Part shown: one piece after another, positions 10,339-19,503 of the stretch | Layout of the letters: every line of letters begins with the position of its first letter | Position numbering within the stretch: the first letter of the stretch is position 1 | Origin: Oscillospiraceae bacterium | GTDB taxonomy: Bacteria > Bacillota > Clostridia > Oscillospirales > Oscillospiraceae | DNA length: 64,000 nt | Assembly: GCA_022800215.1 (NCBI GenBank) | Contig: JAAWPV010000001.1 | Location: 45,395 to 109,394 of the forward strand | Reading direction: 5' to 3' | Translations under genes and position numbers: made by a program | Notes under the pieces: model-generated | Told to the model about the DNA's origin: nothing | What the model saw: the letters and a program-made list of their open reading frames with translations, nothing else | Database searches by the model: none

Positions 10339-11314
10339 CTGTTTCCCCTCCTTTTTTCTCTTTGCGGAGCATGGCCCGCATTCGTTCCATATTCTCCCGG
10401 GCCCGGCGGTCGGCCTCCCCGGGGGCGGCGGGCTGGGGCGCGGTGGCGCCCGCTCCGGGTCTTGCCCGGCGGGGCCGCTGGCTGTCCCCTGCGGCGATCT
10501 GCTCCACGGTATGGAGCCCCTTCTGGTGCCAGCTTTGCAAAATAGCGTTCATATAGGGCCAGTTGAGGTTTCCTTTCTTCATAACGGTCTCCTCGTAGGC
10601 TTTCCGAATGACTTCGTCGGCAAAGCCCATGTCCACCCAGGAGGAGATGTAATCCTTCTCTTTTTGGATGGGCTGCCGGTCCCGGATATCCAGAAGGGCC
10701 AGGATCTGCGTTGACCTTTCCCGAAGGGAAAAGAGCCGCTTCAAGTGTTCCTCAGCGCTTTCCACAGTGTCCACGCCCCGCTCCCGCCAGCGGATGGCCT
10801 CCCGCTGGATCTGGGGGAGCCGGGGGATCCGGCCGGGGCCGTATTTCCGCTGGTGCTCCTCCACGGTCCAGTTGACGATGAGAAGGATGACCTCGGCGGG
10901 AAGGCCGGTGAAGTCGTAGATGGTGTAAAGGTTCTTAAGGTCGTTGGTGGACAGCACCTTGCCCAGCCGCCGCTGGACCTCCTGGACCAGCAGGGGAAAG
11001 GGGGAGGAGGCATCCTCCAGCTCCCGGTTGATGTCGGCAGCGGTGTACTCCGGCGGCTCAGCAGGCGCCGGAGGGGGCGGTGCCTGGGTCCCGTCGGCAA
11101 GCTCCAGCTTTACAAGAAGGGAGAGGGCGTCAAAGCACCGTTTGGGCTCCCACTTAAGGGCTCTGGCTGCCCCCGCAGGGTCAAATTTTCCCCCGGCCTT
11201 CAGAAGATAGAGGTATAAAAGGGCGGCGTCTCCACTGCCCGCGGACAGAAGCCGGTCTGCGGCCGCTCCCGCCATGGATAAAATGTTGCCGGGCAGATAG
11301 GTTTCGCTGGCCAT
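10328..11314 (-). CDS. DnaD/DnaB-domain replication protein
   Basis: Two DnaD-like domains ending YMNAILQSW..KGL.T; coupled to the DnaC-like gene; RBS agggagg before ATG 11314. Confidence 0.82.
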   Translation of the reverse strand: MASETYLPGNILSMAGAAADRLLSAGSGDAALLYLYLLKAGGKFDPAGAARALKWEPKRCFDALSLLVKLELADGTQAPPPPAPAEPPEYTAADINRELEDASSPFPLLVQEVQRRLGKVLSTNDLKNLYTIYDFTGLPAEVILLIVNWTVEEHQRKYGPGRIPRLPQIQREAIRWRERGVDTVESAEEHLKRLFSLRERSTQILALLDIRDRQPIQKEKDYISSWVDMGFADEVIRKAYEETVMKKGNLNWPYMNAILQSWHQKGLHTVEQIAAGDSQRPRRARPGAGATAPQPAAPGEADRRARENMERMRAMLRKEKKGGETDGI

Positions 11315-11532
11315 GAAAAGCGCCTCCCTTCTGAGAATTACGGAGATATATCGACATAATAACCTATTCTTTATTGTACACGAAATCGGCCCAAAGGTAA
11401 ACAACTAATTTCCTGCTTTTGTCCTTCTGCCGGAAAAACTGAAAAAAACGGAAAAATTCACACATTTTTATTTTTCAAATCCTTTCACCTGTGTTATAAT
11501 GATTCTACATATATAATAAGGGGGAGTGTGCC

Positions 11533-11853
11533 ATGCAAAACAAGGTGACTGTAACCATCGACGGTCAGGAATATACCCTGGTGGCCGGAGAGGACGCCGC
11601 CTACATGAAAAAGGTGGCTGACCATGTGGACGCCAAGGTTCGTGAGGTACGGGAGGGCGGCAAGGTCTCCGGGACGGACGCCGCCATTCTGGCGGCGCTG
11701 AATATGGCCGACGAATACTTCAAGCAGGTGGAGGCCGCTGAGGCCCTCCGGGGCCAGATCAAGACCTACCTGGAGGAAGCCAAGGATCTGGAGAACCAGC
11801 TCTCCGAGTGTAAGCGGGAGATCTTCAAACTCCAGACCCAGGGAAGGAAGTAA
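11533..11853 (+). CDS. zapA: Cell division protein ZapA
   Basis: NKVTVTIDGQEYTL…YMKKVA..VD…AILAALN.ADE plus coiled coil. Confidence 0.9.
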   Translation: MQNKVTVTIDGQEYTLVAGEDAAYMKKVADHVDAKVREVREGGKVSGTDAAILAALNMADEYFKQVEAAEALRGQIKTYLEEAKDLENQLSECKREIFKLQTQGRK

Positions 11854-11854
11854 G

Positions 11855-13936
11855 ATGCTGGAACTGCTTGCTCCCGCCGGGTCCATGGAGGCCCTCACCG
11901 CCGCCGTTCAAAACGGGGCGGACGCTGTGTATATGGGCTTCGGCGACTTCAACGCCCGCCGGAACGCCAAAAACTTTACCGAGGCGGACTTCGCCTCGGC
12001 AGTCTCCTATTGTCATTTGCGGGGGGTGAAGGTCTACCTGACCCTGAACACCCTCCTCACCGACCGGGAGCTTCCCGCCGCCGCCGACCTTGCCCGCCGG
12101 GCCTCCGGGTTGGGGGCGGATGCTGTGCTGGTCCAGGACCTGGGGGTCCTCCGGGCGGTGCGCCAGGCGGCCCCTGACCTTACGGTCCACGGCTCCACCC
12201 AGCTCACCGTCCACAATCTGGACGGGGCCAAGGCCTGCGCCGACCTGGGTATGAAGCGGGTGGTCCTCTCCCGGGAGCTGCCCGCCTCAGAGATCGAGTA
12301 CATCTGTACCCACTCTCCCATTGAGATCGAGATTTTCGGCCACGGGGCTTTGTGTATGTGCTACTCGGGCCAGTGCTTTTTCTCCGCCGTGGTGGGGGAG
12401 CGGAGCGGCAACCGGGGCCTCTGCGCCCAGCCCTGCCGCATGAAATACGGCTGGAACGGCCGGGCGGACTCCTACCCCCTCTCCCTGAAGGACGCCTGTA
12501 TGGCCGACCGCATCCGCCAGATCCGGAAAATGGGGGTAAGCTGCCTGAAGCTGGAGGGCCGTATGAAGCGGGCCGAGTACGTGGCCGTCATCACCCGCAT
12601 CTATTCCACCCTCATCAAGGAGGACCGGATGCCCACGGCTGAGGAGATGAAGGCGCTGGAAGAGGCGTTCTCCCGCCAGGGTTTCACCCAGGGCTACCTG
12701 GACGACAAAACAGGTCCCCGGATGTTCGGCGTCCGGGAAGAAAAGACCCCTGAGCCAAAGGAACTGTTTGAACAGGCCCGTCAAACTTATGTAAACCAGG
12801 AGAACCCCCGGGTGGACGTGAAGTTTTACGCCATGGTCCGGCCCGGCGAGCCTGTCCAGGTGGGGGTGGAGGACCCTGAGGGCCGGGTGGTCACCGCCGC
12901 CGGGGCGGTCCCTGAGAAGGCCCTCAACCATCCCATCACCACCGAGCAGGTGGAAAAACAGCTCTCCCGCACTGGGGGCACCCCCTACCGCTGCCTGGGG
13001 GTGAAAGCGCTGGTGGAGGAGGGGCTCAACGTGTCTCTGGCCGCCCTCAACGCCCTCCGACGTCAGGTGCTGGAGGACCTGACCCGGAAGCGGATGACCC
13101 TTCCCGTTGTCCGGACCGGGGAATATAAGCCCGGCGCCCGGTACGAAAATCCCAAGGAGCCGCCCATGCTCACCGTGTCGGTGCGGAAGGCGGGCCAGGT
13201 CAGCGCCGACCTGCTCCGCCAAGCTCCCGCTATCCTCTATGTCCCCGCCGCCGAGCTTGCCCAAAGCCCCCAGTGGCTCAAAAACCTGAGCCGGGAGACC
13301 GCTTTGGGGGTCATTCTTCCCCGGGTGGCCTGGGACCGGGAGCGGAAGGAGCTGGAGACTCAGCTCCAGAAATGCCGGGACCTGGGGTGTACCGAGGCTC
13401 TTGTGGGTAACCTGGGCATGATAGACCTTGCCCGGCGGGAGGGCTTCACCCTCCACACCGATTACGGCCTGCACTCCTTCAACGCCCAGGCTCTCAAGGA
13501 GTGGAAGCGGCTGGGCTTTGTGTCCGCCACGGTGTCCTTTGAATTGAAGCTGGCCCAGATCCGGGATCTTTCCAAGGCCATCCCCGCCGAGGCCATCGTC
13601 TATGGCCGCCTGCCTTTGATGCTCACCGAGAACTGTATCATCAAAAACCGCTCCGGCCAGTGTGTCTGCGAGGGGGAAAATATTCTCACCGACCGCAAAG
13701 GGGAGCGCTTCCCCGTGGTGAAGGCCCCCGGCTGCCGCAGCGAGATCTTGAACAGCCGCAAACTTTTCCTGGCGGACAAGCCCGACTGGCAGCGGGTGGG
13801 CCTCACCTACGCCCGCTTGATGTTCACCACCGAGAACCCCTGGGAGTGCGCCCAGGCCCTGGAGCGCTACCAAGGCAAGAGCGACTGGACCCCCAACCAA
13901 TTCACCCGGGGGCTTTACTATCGAGGAGTAGAATAA
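11855..13936 (+). CDS. U32 peptidase-family Fe-S protein with DUF3656-like C-terminus (RlhA-like RNA hydroxylase)
   Basis: ELLAPAGS, GADAVY.G, HGALCMCYSGQC, RGLCAQPCR, LKLEGRMK. Confidence 0.85.
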   Translation: MLELLAPAGSMEALTAAVQNGADAVYMGFGDFNARRNAKNFTEADFASAVSYCHLRGVKVYLTLNTLLTDRELPAAADLARRASGLGADAVLVQDLGVLRAVRQAAPDLTVHGSTQLTVHNLDGAKACADLGMKRVVLSRELPASEIEYICTHSPIEIEIFGHGALCMCYSGQCFFSAVVGERSGNRGLCAQPCRMKYGWNGRADSYPLSLKDACMADRIRQIRKMGVSCLKLEGRMKRAEYVAVITRIYSTLIKEDRMPTAEEMKALEEAFSRQGFTQGYLDDKTGPRMFGVREEKTPEPKELFEQARQTYVNQENPRVDVKFYAMVRPGEPVQVGVEDPEGRVVTAAGAVPEKALNHPITTEQVEKQLSRTGGTPYRCLGVKALVEEGLNVSLAALNALRRQVLEDLTRKRMTLPVVRTGEYKPGARYENPKEPPMLTVSVRKAGQVSADLLRQAPAILYVPAAELAQSPQWLKNLSRETALGVILPRVAWDRERKELETQLQKCRDLGCTEALVGNLGMIDLARREGFTLHTDYGLHSFNAQALKEWKRLGFVSATVSFELKLAQIRDLSKAIPAEAIVYGRLPLMLTENCIIKNRSGQCVCEGENILTDRKGERFPVVKAPGCRSEILNSRKLFLADKPDWQRVGLTYARLMFTTENPWECAQALERYQGKSDWTPNQFTRGLYYRGVE

Positions 13937-14069
13937 GGCCCCCGCCCTTGCTTTTCACGAAAAGATGGCCCCAGGAAAAAGAGAAACGCAGCCATCAAGA
14001 GTGATCAGTGCACAACTAAAAAATCAAAGCCAATCGTTGGTTTACATAATACAAAAGCGAGGTGTCCCC

Positions 14070-14522
14070 ATGGAACTGAAAATAAAACCCCTCTCCCCCA
14101 AGGTGGGGAAGGAGATCCCCTTCCCCGCCTACGCCACTGCCGGCTCTGCCGGCATGGACCTCAGGGCCTGCATTGACGAGCCTATGACCATCCGCCCCAT
14201 GGAGCGGGTGAAGGTGCCCACCGGCTTTGCCATCGCCCTGCCCGGCCCCCAGTGGGTGGCTTTCATCTTCGCCCGGTCGGGCTTGGGCATCAAGTCGGGC
14301 ATCACTCTGCCCAACTGCGTGGGGGTCATCGACAGCGACTACCGGGGGGAGATCATCGTGGCCCTCACCAACCTGTCCGACACCGATTATACCATCCAGC
14401 CCGGAGACCGGGTGGCCCAGCTTGTCATCATGCCCGTCACCCAGGCTGATATCAGCGTAGTGGACGAGCTGGACGAGACCGAGCGGGGCGCCGGCGGGTT
14501 CGGAAGTACAGGAAGAGTGTAA
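14070..14522 (+). CDS. dut: dUTP diphosphatase
   Basis: AGMDL, RSGLG, GVIDSDYRGEI, RVAQL, RGAGGFGSTG; RBS gaggtg. Confidence 0.96.
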   Translation: MELKIKPLSPKVGKEIPFPAYATAGSAGMDLRACIDEPMTIRPMERVKVPTGFAIALPGPQWVAFIFARSGLGIKSGITLPNCVGVIDSDYRGEIIVALTNLSDTDYTIQPGDRVAQLVIMPVTQADISVVDELDETERGAGGFGSTGRV

Positions 14523-14633
14523 AAGCGGGCAACGGGCGCGCCTGGACCAGAGCGAGGACGAGCGGCGGGCGGCAAAGCCGCCCAGAGACCTGTCCGAGTC
14601 GTTGGGAAAGCAAGCCCGCGGTCTGCCCGCTTT
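14522..14633 (+). repeat. Structured intergenic repeat, copy A
   Basis: 10-bp terminal IR aaagcgggca/tgcccgcttt; shares gagcgagg.cgag, a triloop hairpin and agacc…gagtcg..gggaaagcaa with copies B and D. Confidence 0.7.
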
Positions 14634-14660
14634 GAAACTTGACATGGAAAGGTTGTTAAC

Positions 14661-15227
14661 ATGGAAATCATCTTAGCCTCCCAATCTCCCCGGCGAAAAG
14701 AACTGCTGACCCGGATGGGGCTTGCCTTTACTGTCCTTCCCGCCGAGATCGAGGAGGTCATTGAGCCCGGCCTTACCCCCCAGGAGGCGGTCATGTCCCT
14801 GTCCCGCCAGAAAGGGTCGGCGGTGGCACTGAGCCACCCTGATGCTCTGGTCATCGCCGCCGACACCATCGTTGTTTTCGACGGCCGTATTCTGGGCAAG
14901 CCCCACAGTGTGGCCCAGGCCAAAGAGATGCTCACCGCCCTGTCGGGCAAAACCCACCATGTCTGCACCGGTTTTACCCTTTGGCAAGGCCAGCAGGTGG
15001 AGACGGGCTGTGAGGAGAGCGAGGTTTGGTTCCGGGAGCTCAGTGAAGAGGAGATCGACCGTTACATCGCCACCGGGGAGCCCATGGACAAGGCGGGCGC
15101 TTACGGTATCCAGGGCTACGGCGCCATGCTGGTGCGGGGCATCCACGGGGACTACTTCAACGTTATGGGTCTGCCGGTGTGCCGGCTGGCCATGGCCCTG
15201 AGGGATTTCGGCGTTACCTGTCTGTGA
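14661..15227 (+). CDS. maf: Maf-family nucleoside triphosphate pyrophosphatase
   Basis: IILASQSPRRKELL, IAADTIV, ILGKP, DKAGAYGIQG, NVMGLP. Confidence 0.95.
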   Translation: MEIILASQSPRRKELLTRMGLAFTVLPAEIEEVIEPGLTPQEAVMSLSRQKGSAVALSHPDALVIAADTIVVFDGRILGKPHSVAQAKEMLTALSGKTHHVCTGFTLWQGQQVETGCEESEVWFRELSEEEIDRYIATGEPMDKAGAYGIQGYGAMLVRGIHGDYFNVMGLPVCRLAMALRDFGVTCL

Positions 15228-15268
15228 AAACCCCCACCAAACATGATTGAGGAAAGGAACCGACTGCT

Positions 15269-16123
15269 GTGAAAGATTTTCTGCGGCAAAACGGAATATT
15301 GATCCTGGTGATCGCCCTGCTGCTGGCTCTTATTACGGCAGTGTTTTCTTTCACCTTCAACGGCATCGCCAACCCCTTTGCCAACCTGGCAGGGGTGGTC
15401 GCCACCCCCTTCCGCAACGGCCTTAACGCGGCGGTGACCTGGGCCGAGGGCGTCTATTCCGATACCTTTGAGCGGGAGCAGATGGCCCAGGAGCTGGAGT
15501 GGTACAAGCAGCGGGTGGCCGAGCTGGAGGCCGAGGCCCGGGCCGGGGAGGCCGCCAGCCGGGAGAACGAGCGGCTCCGGGACCTTCTGGAGTTCCAGCA
15601 GAAGCACAGCGAGCTCCACACCGAGCCTGCCACCGTCACTGCCCGGGGAAGCTCCAACTGGTCTTCTACCCTCACCGTCTCCAAGGGCTCCGCCGCCGGG
15701 GTGGAGGCGGGAAACTGCGTCATCGACCAGTACGGCAATCTGGTGGGCCTGGTTTCCGAGGTGGGCCTTAACTGGTCCAGCCTCATCACCGTGGTGGACG
15801 TGGATCTGGAGCTGGGCGGCCTCATCGCCCGCACCGACGGCGCCGCCATCGTGGAGGGGGACTTCGCCCTTATGGGGGAGGGACGGCTGAAGCTCACCTT
15901 CCTGCCTGAGGGCACCCGCCTGCTGGCGGGAGACACTATTCTTACCTCGGGCCTTCGCTCTGGGGGTACCGCCACCTACCCCTCGGGGCTGGTGGTGGGC
16001 CATGTGGAGGAGGTCCGCTCCGACGAGGGGGGCATGAGCGACTACGCCATCCTGGCCCCCGCCACCGACCTGGAGAGCCTGGAGCAGGTGTTTATCATCA
16101 AGGAATTCGACGTGGTGGAATAA
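15269..16123 (+). CDS. mreC: Rod shape-determining protein MreC
   Basis: N-terminal TM, coiled coil ENERLRDLL, KGS..GV..G..V, GD.ILTSG, YPSGLVVG. Confidence 0.92.
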   Translation: MKDFLRQNGILILVIALLLALITAVFSFTFNGIANPFANLAGVVATPFRNGLNAAVTWAEGVYSDTFEREQMAQELEWYKQRVAELEAEARAGEAASRENERLRDLLEFQQKHSELHTEPATVTARGSSNWSSTLTVSKGSAAGVEAGNCVIDQYGNLVGLVSEVGLNWSSLITVVDVDLELGGLIARTDGAAIVEGDFALMGEGRLKLTFLPEGTRLLAGDTILTSGLRSGGTATYPSGLVVGHVEEVRSDEGGMSDYAILAPATDLESLEQVFIIKEFDVVE

Positions 16124-16146
16124 AGAGGGAATCGAGGAGAGGGATC

Positions 16147-16767
16147 ATGAAATATCAGCACATTGTCTTTGACGTGGACGGCACCCTGGTGGATACGGAG
16201 TATTCCGTCCTCCACTCCTTCCGGGACGTGCTGGAGACCCTCACCGGGAAGCACTACGAGCCGGAGGAGCTGACCTTTGCCCTGGGGATGCCTTCGGAGG
16301 ACGCTTTGGCCCGGTTCGGCCTGTCCCTCACCACAGAGGTGCAAATCCTTTGGGGAACGCAGTCAAAGAAGTACGACAGGACCAACAAGCTTTTTGAGGG
16401 CATGGAGACAGTGTTGGAGACTTTGAAGGCCCGGAGCTGCTCCCTGGGTATCGTAACCTCCCGGAACCGGCTGGAATTTCAGGAGGATATCGAAGGCTTC
16501 GGCATTACCCGGCTTTTTGACCATGTGATCTGCGCCGACGACACCACGGAGCACAAACCCAAGGCGGCCCCGCTGCTGAAATACATGGAGCTGGCCGGGG
16601 CCCGGCCGGAGGAGACCATCTATGTCGGAGACAGCATCTATGACGCCCTCTGTGCCCAGGCGGCGGGGGTGGATTTTGCCGACGCGGTGTGGGGCAGCCA
16701 TACCGTTGACCGCCCCGCCCGGTATTTCCCTGAAACGCCCTTGGAATTTTTGGGCATGATGAAATAG
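16147..16767 (+). CDS. HAD-family hydrolase
   Basis: FDVDGTLVDT, GIVTS, HKPKA, YVGDS.YD. Confidence 0.9.
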   Translation: MKYQHIVFDVDGTLVDTEYSVLHSFRDVLETLTGKHYEPEELTFALGMPSEDALARFGLSLTTEVQILWGTQSKKYDRTNKLFEGMETVLETLKARSCSLGIVTSRNRLEFQEDIEGFGITRLFDHVICADDTTEHKPKAAPLLKYMELAGARPEETIYVGDSIYDALCAQAAGVDFADAVWGSHTVDRPARYFPETPLEFLGMMK

Positions 16768-16827
16768 AGGAAAGAAGCCCCTTGAAAATTGGTTTACATA
16801 ATTTCGACGAAAAGAGGTGAAGCATCC

Positions 16828-17340
16828 ATGACTACCCGGGATTTCTGCATCAAATGGCTGGCCTATATCCTGGCTCTTCTTCCGGTGTGGTTTTTGGAGA
16901 GCTTTGTCCTCAGCAGGTTCCCCCTTATGGGGGTGAAGCCCATGCTGCTGCCCTTCTGCGTGGTGGCGGTAGCCACCCTGGAGGGAGCCACCGCCGGGGC
17001 CGGCTTCGGCCTGGGGGTGGGGCTTTTGTTTGATATTTCGGCAGGTGGGGTTCCGGGCGCCATGATCCTTCTGATGGCCCTTTTGGGCCTGGGGGTGGGA
17101 CTTTTGGCCCAGTATGTGCTGCGCCAGGACTTTGTGGGCTGCTTTCTCTGCGGTGTGCTGGCCCTCTGTACCATCGACGGGCTGCGTATTGCCCTCCGGC
17201 TTCTGGGAGGGGTGGCCCCCCTGAATGTGATGCTGACTTTGGCGGGGAAGGAAATTTTGTGGTCTCTCTGCTTCACGCCCCTTGTGTATCTTCTGTTCCG
17301 CTGGGTGTTCCGCCGGGTGCCCAAGGCCACCGTGCTGTAA
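16828..17340 (+). CDS. mreD: Rod shape-determining protein MreD-like membrane protein
   Basis: Hydrophobic ~170 aa, GV.P.LL and G..GLL.D pattern; lies between mreC and PBP2; RBS gaggtg. Confidence 0.75.
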   Translation: MTTRDFCIKWLAYILALLPVWFLESFVLSRFPLMGVKPMLLPFCVVAVATLEGATAGAGFGLGVGLLFDISAGGVPGAMILLMALLGLGVGLLAQYVLRQDFVGCFLCGVLALCTIDGLRIALRLLGGVAPLNVMLTLAGKEILWSLCFTPLVYLLFRWVFRRVPKATVL

Positions 17341-17353
17341 GGGAGGGCGGACC

Positions 17354-19465
17354 ATGGATGGAAAACGCTTTGCCGCCCGGTCCCGGGTGGTGGTCATTGC
17401 CCTTCTGGCCGTGCTGACGGCCTTTGCCGGAGTCCTCTACGACCTGCAGGTGGTCAACGGCAGCTACTATCTGGAGCAGTCCACCAAGAAGATCGTCAAC
17501 ACCGAGACGGTCCAGGCTGCCCGGGGGGAGGTGCTGGACCGTTATGGCCGGGTGCTGATTTCCAACCGGGTCACTTATCAGGTGACACTGGACACCAAGC
17601 TCATGGGGGATATCCAGGGCCGGAACAACACCGTACTGGCTTTGTTGAAGCTTTGTGAGGAGCGAAATGTGGATTGGGCCGATAACCTGCCCGTCACCAT
17701 GACCGCCCCCTTCCAATATACTGTGGAGAGCCCTTTTGAGACGGTCCGAGTAGCCGAGGACGGCACTGAGACCCGCTCCCCCACACAGCTTGCCCGGCTG
17801 GTGGAGCTTTTGAAGCTGCGGCAGCAGAAGAATGACCCGCTGCCTGCCGAGCCCACAGCGGAGGAGCTCATCACGTCTCTGCGGACCTACTTCGAGGTGG
17901 ATGAGAACCTCAGCCGGGGGGAGGGCCGGGGCCTGGTGGGGGTCCTCTATGAGCTGGCGCTTCGGAGCTGGGAGGTCACTTACAGCAATTATGTGTTCAC
18001 CAAGGATGTGGATATCGGTTTCATTACGGTGGTGAAGGAACGGGGCCTTGCCGGCGTGAAGATCGACACGGTCACCGTCCGGGAGTTCAACACCCAATAT
18101 GCTGCCCATCTTCTGGGGCAGGTAGGCTCCGTTTCTTTTGCGGAGTGGCCCGACTATCAGGCACTGGGCTATTCCATGGATGCCATCGTGGGCAAGTTTG
18201 GAGTAGAACAGGCTTTTGAGGAGGTCCTCCGGGGCACTGCGGGCACCAAAATGGTGGAATACAACCAAAACGGAAAAATCACCAGCGAAAGCTGGTACGC
18301 CAATGAGACTACGGGGGAGATCCTGGCCCCGGAGCCGGGGAATAACGTGATGCTCACGCTGGATATCCGTCTTCAGGAAGTGGTGGAACAGGCTCTGGAA
18401 CGCTATGTTCCCGGCATGACCGAGGAAAGCGAGAAGGGAGCCTGTGTGGTGGTGGATATGACCGGCGGTGTGCTGGCCGCAGCCACCTATCCCAGCTACG
18501 ACCCGGCGGAATACTACACCAACTACAATGCTCTTTTGGCCGACGAGAAGAGTCCTTTGTACAACCGGGCACTTCAGGGGCTCTATCCCCCCGGTTCCAC
18601 CATCAAAATGGCGGTGGCGGCGGGTGCCTTGGAGGAGGGAGTTATCACCCGGTCCGAAAAGATTTTGGACACGGGCCGCTACAAGCATTATGACCGCATC
18701 CAGGACCAGCCCATGTGCTGGTATTACCGGCAATACGGCCAGACACACGGCTATGAAAATGTCTCTGAGGCCATCCGGGACTCCTGCAACGTATATTTTT
18801 ATGAGACGGGTATCCGTTTGGGCATTGAACGGCTGGACAAGTATGCCGCGATGTTTGGCTTGGGTGAATTGACCGGTCTGGAGCTTTACGAGGCCCAGGG
18901 CGAGGTGGCCGGCCCCAAGAGCAGCGAGCGTCACGGCCAGACCTGGTATGAGGGCGAGACTATGTACGCTGCCATCGGCCAGGGCAACACCCAGGTGACC
19001 CCCATCCAGCTTGCCAACTATATTGCCACACTGGTGAACGGCGGCACCCACTATGAGACCCATCTTCTGCAGGCGGTAAAATCCAGTGACTTTTCCGAGA
19101 TGGTGGAGGAATATGCCCCCCGGACCCGGGATGAATTGGATTTGAATAAGGACAATATGGAGGCCGTGAAATACGGCATGTATATGGTAGCCAATGAGGG
19201 CTCTGCGGCCAGCTATTTTCGGGATCTTCCCGTGAAGGTAGGCGCCAAGACCGGTACCGCTCAGGTATCCGCCAACACGGAAGCCCATGCCCTTCTGGTG
19301 GCCTTTGCACCCTATGAGGACCCGGAGATCGCCGTTGCCATCGTGGTGGAACACGGCGGTTCGGGCACCTTGGTGGCGGCGATTGCCGCCGACATTCTGG
19401 ATTACTATTTCTCTGCCCGGGATGCCATGGACGCCCCGGCGGCAGAAAATACGCTGGTGAAATGA
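17354..19465 (+). CDS. mrdA: Class B penicillin-binding protein 2
   Basis: ARGEVLDRYG, YPPGSTIK (SxxK), SCN (SxN), KTGTAQ; RBS gggagg. Confidence 0.9.
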   Translation: MDGKRFAARSRVVVIALLAVLTAFAGVLYDLQVVNGSYYLEQSTKKIVNTETVQAARGEVLDRYGRVLISNRVTYQVTLDTKLMGDIQGRNNTVLALLKLCEERNVDWADNLPVTMTAPFQYTVESPFETVRVAEDGTETRSPTQLARLVELLKLRQQKNDPLPAEPTAEELITSLRTYFEVDENLSRGEGRGLVGVLYELALRSWEVTYSNYVFTKDVDIGFITVVKERGLAGVKIDTVTVREFNTQYAAHLLGQVGSVSFAEWPDYQALGYSMDAIVGKFGVEQAFEEVLRGTAGTKMVEYNQNGKITSESWYANETTGEILAPEPGNNVMLTLDIRLQEVVEQALERYVPGMTEESEKGACVVVDMTGGVLAAATYPSYDPAEYYTNYNALLADEKSPLYNRALQGLYPPGSTIKMAVAAGALEEGVITRSEKILDTGRYKHYDRIQDQPMCWYYRQYGQTHGYENVSEAIRDSCNVYFYETGIRLGIERLDKYAAMFGLGELTGLELYEAQGEVAGPKSSERHGQTWYEGETMYAAIGQGNTQVTPIQLANYIATLVNGGTHYETHLLQAVKSSDFSEMVEEYAPRTRDELDLNKDNMEAVKYGMYMVANEGSAASYFRDLPVKVGAKTGTAQVSANTEAHALLVAFAPYEDPEIAVAIVVEHGGSGTLVAAIAADILDYYFSARDAMDAPAAENTLVK

Positions 19466-19503
19466 CTTCACCTGATTATCCCACGCAGAAAGAGTGATAC
19501 GCA

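Noticed and set aside
9334-11314. Prophage replication module or IS21 istB
   Set aside because: No phage genes, istA or IRs; host-like codons; sits divergent to zapA in a housekeeping context
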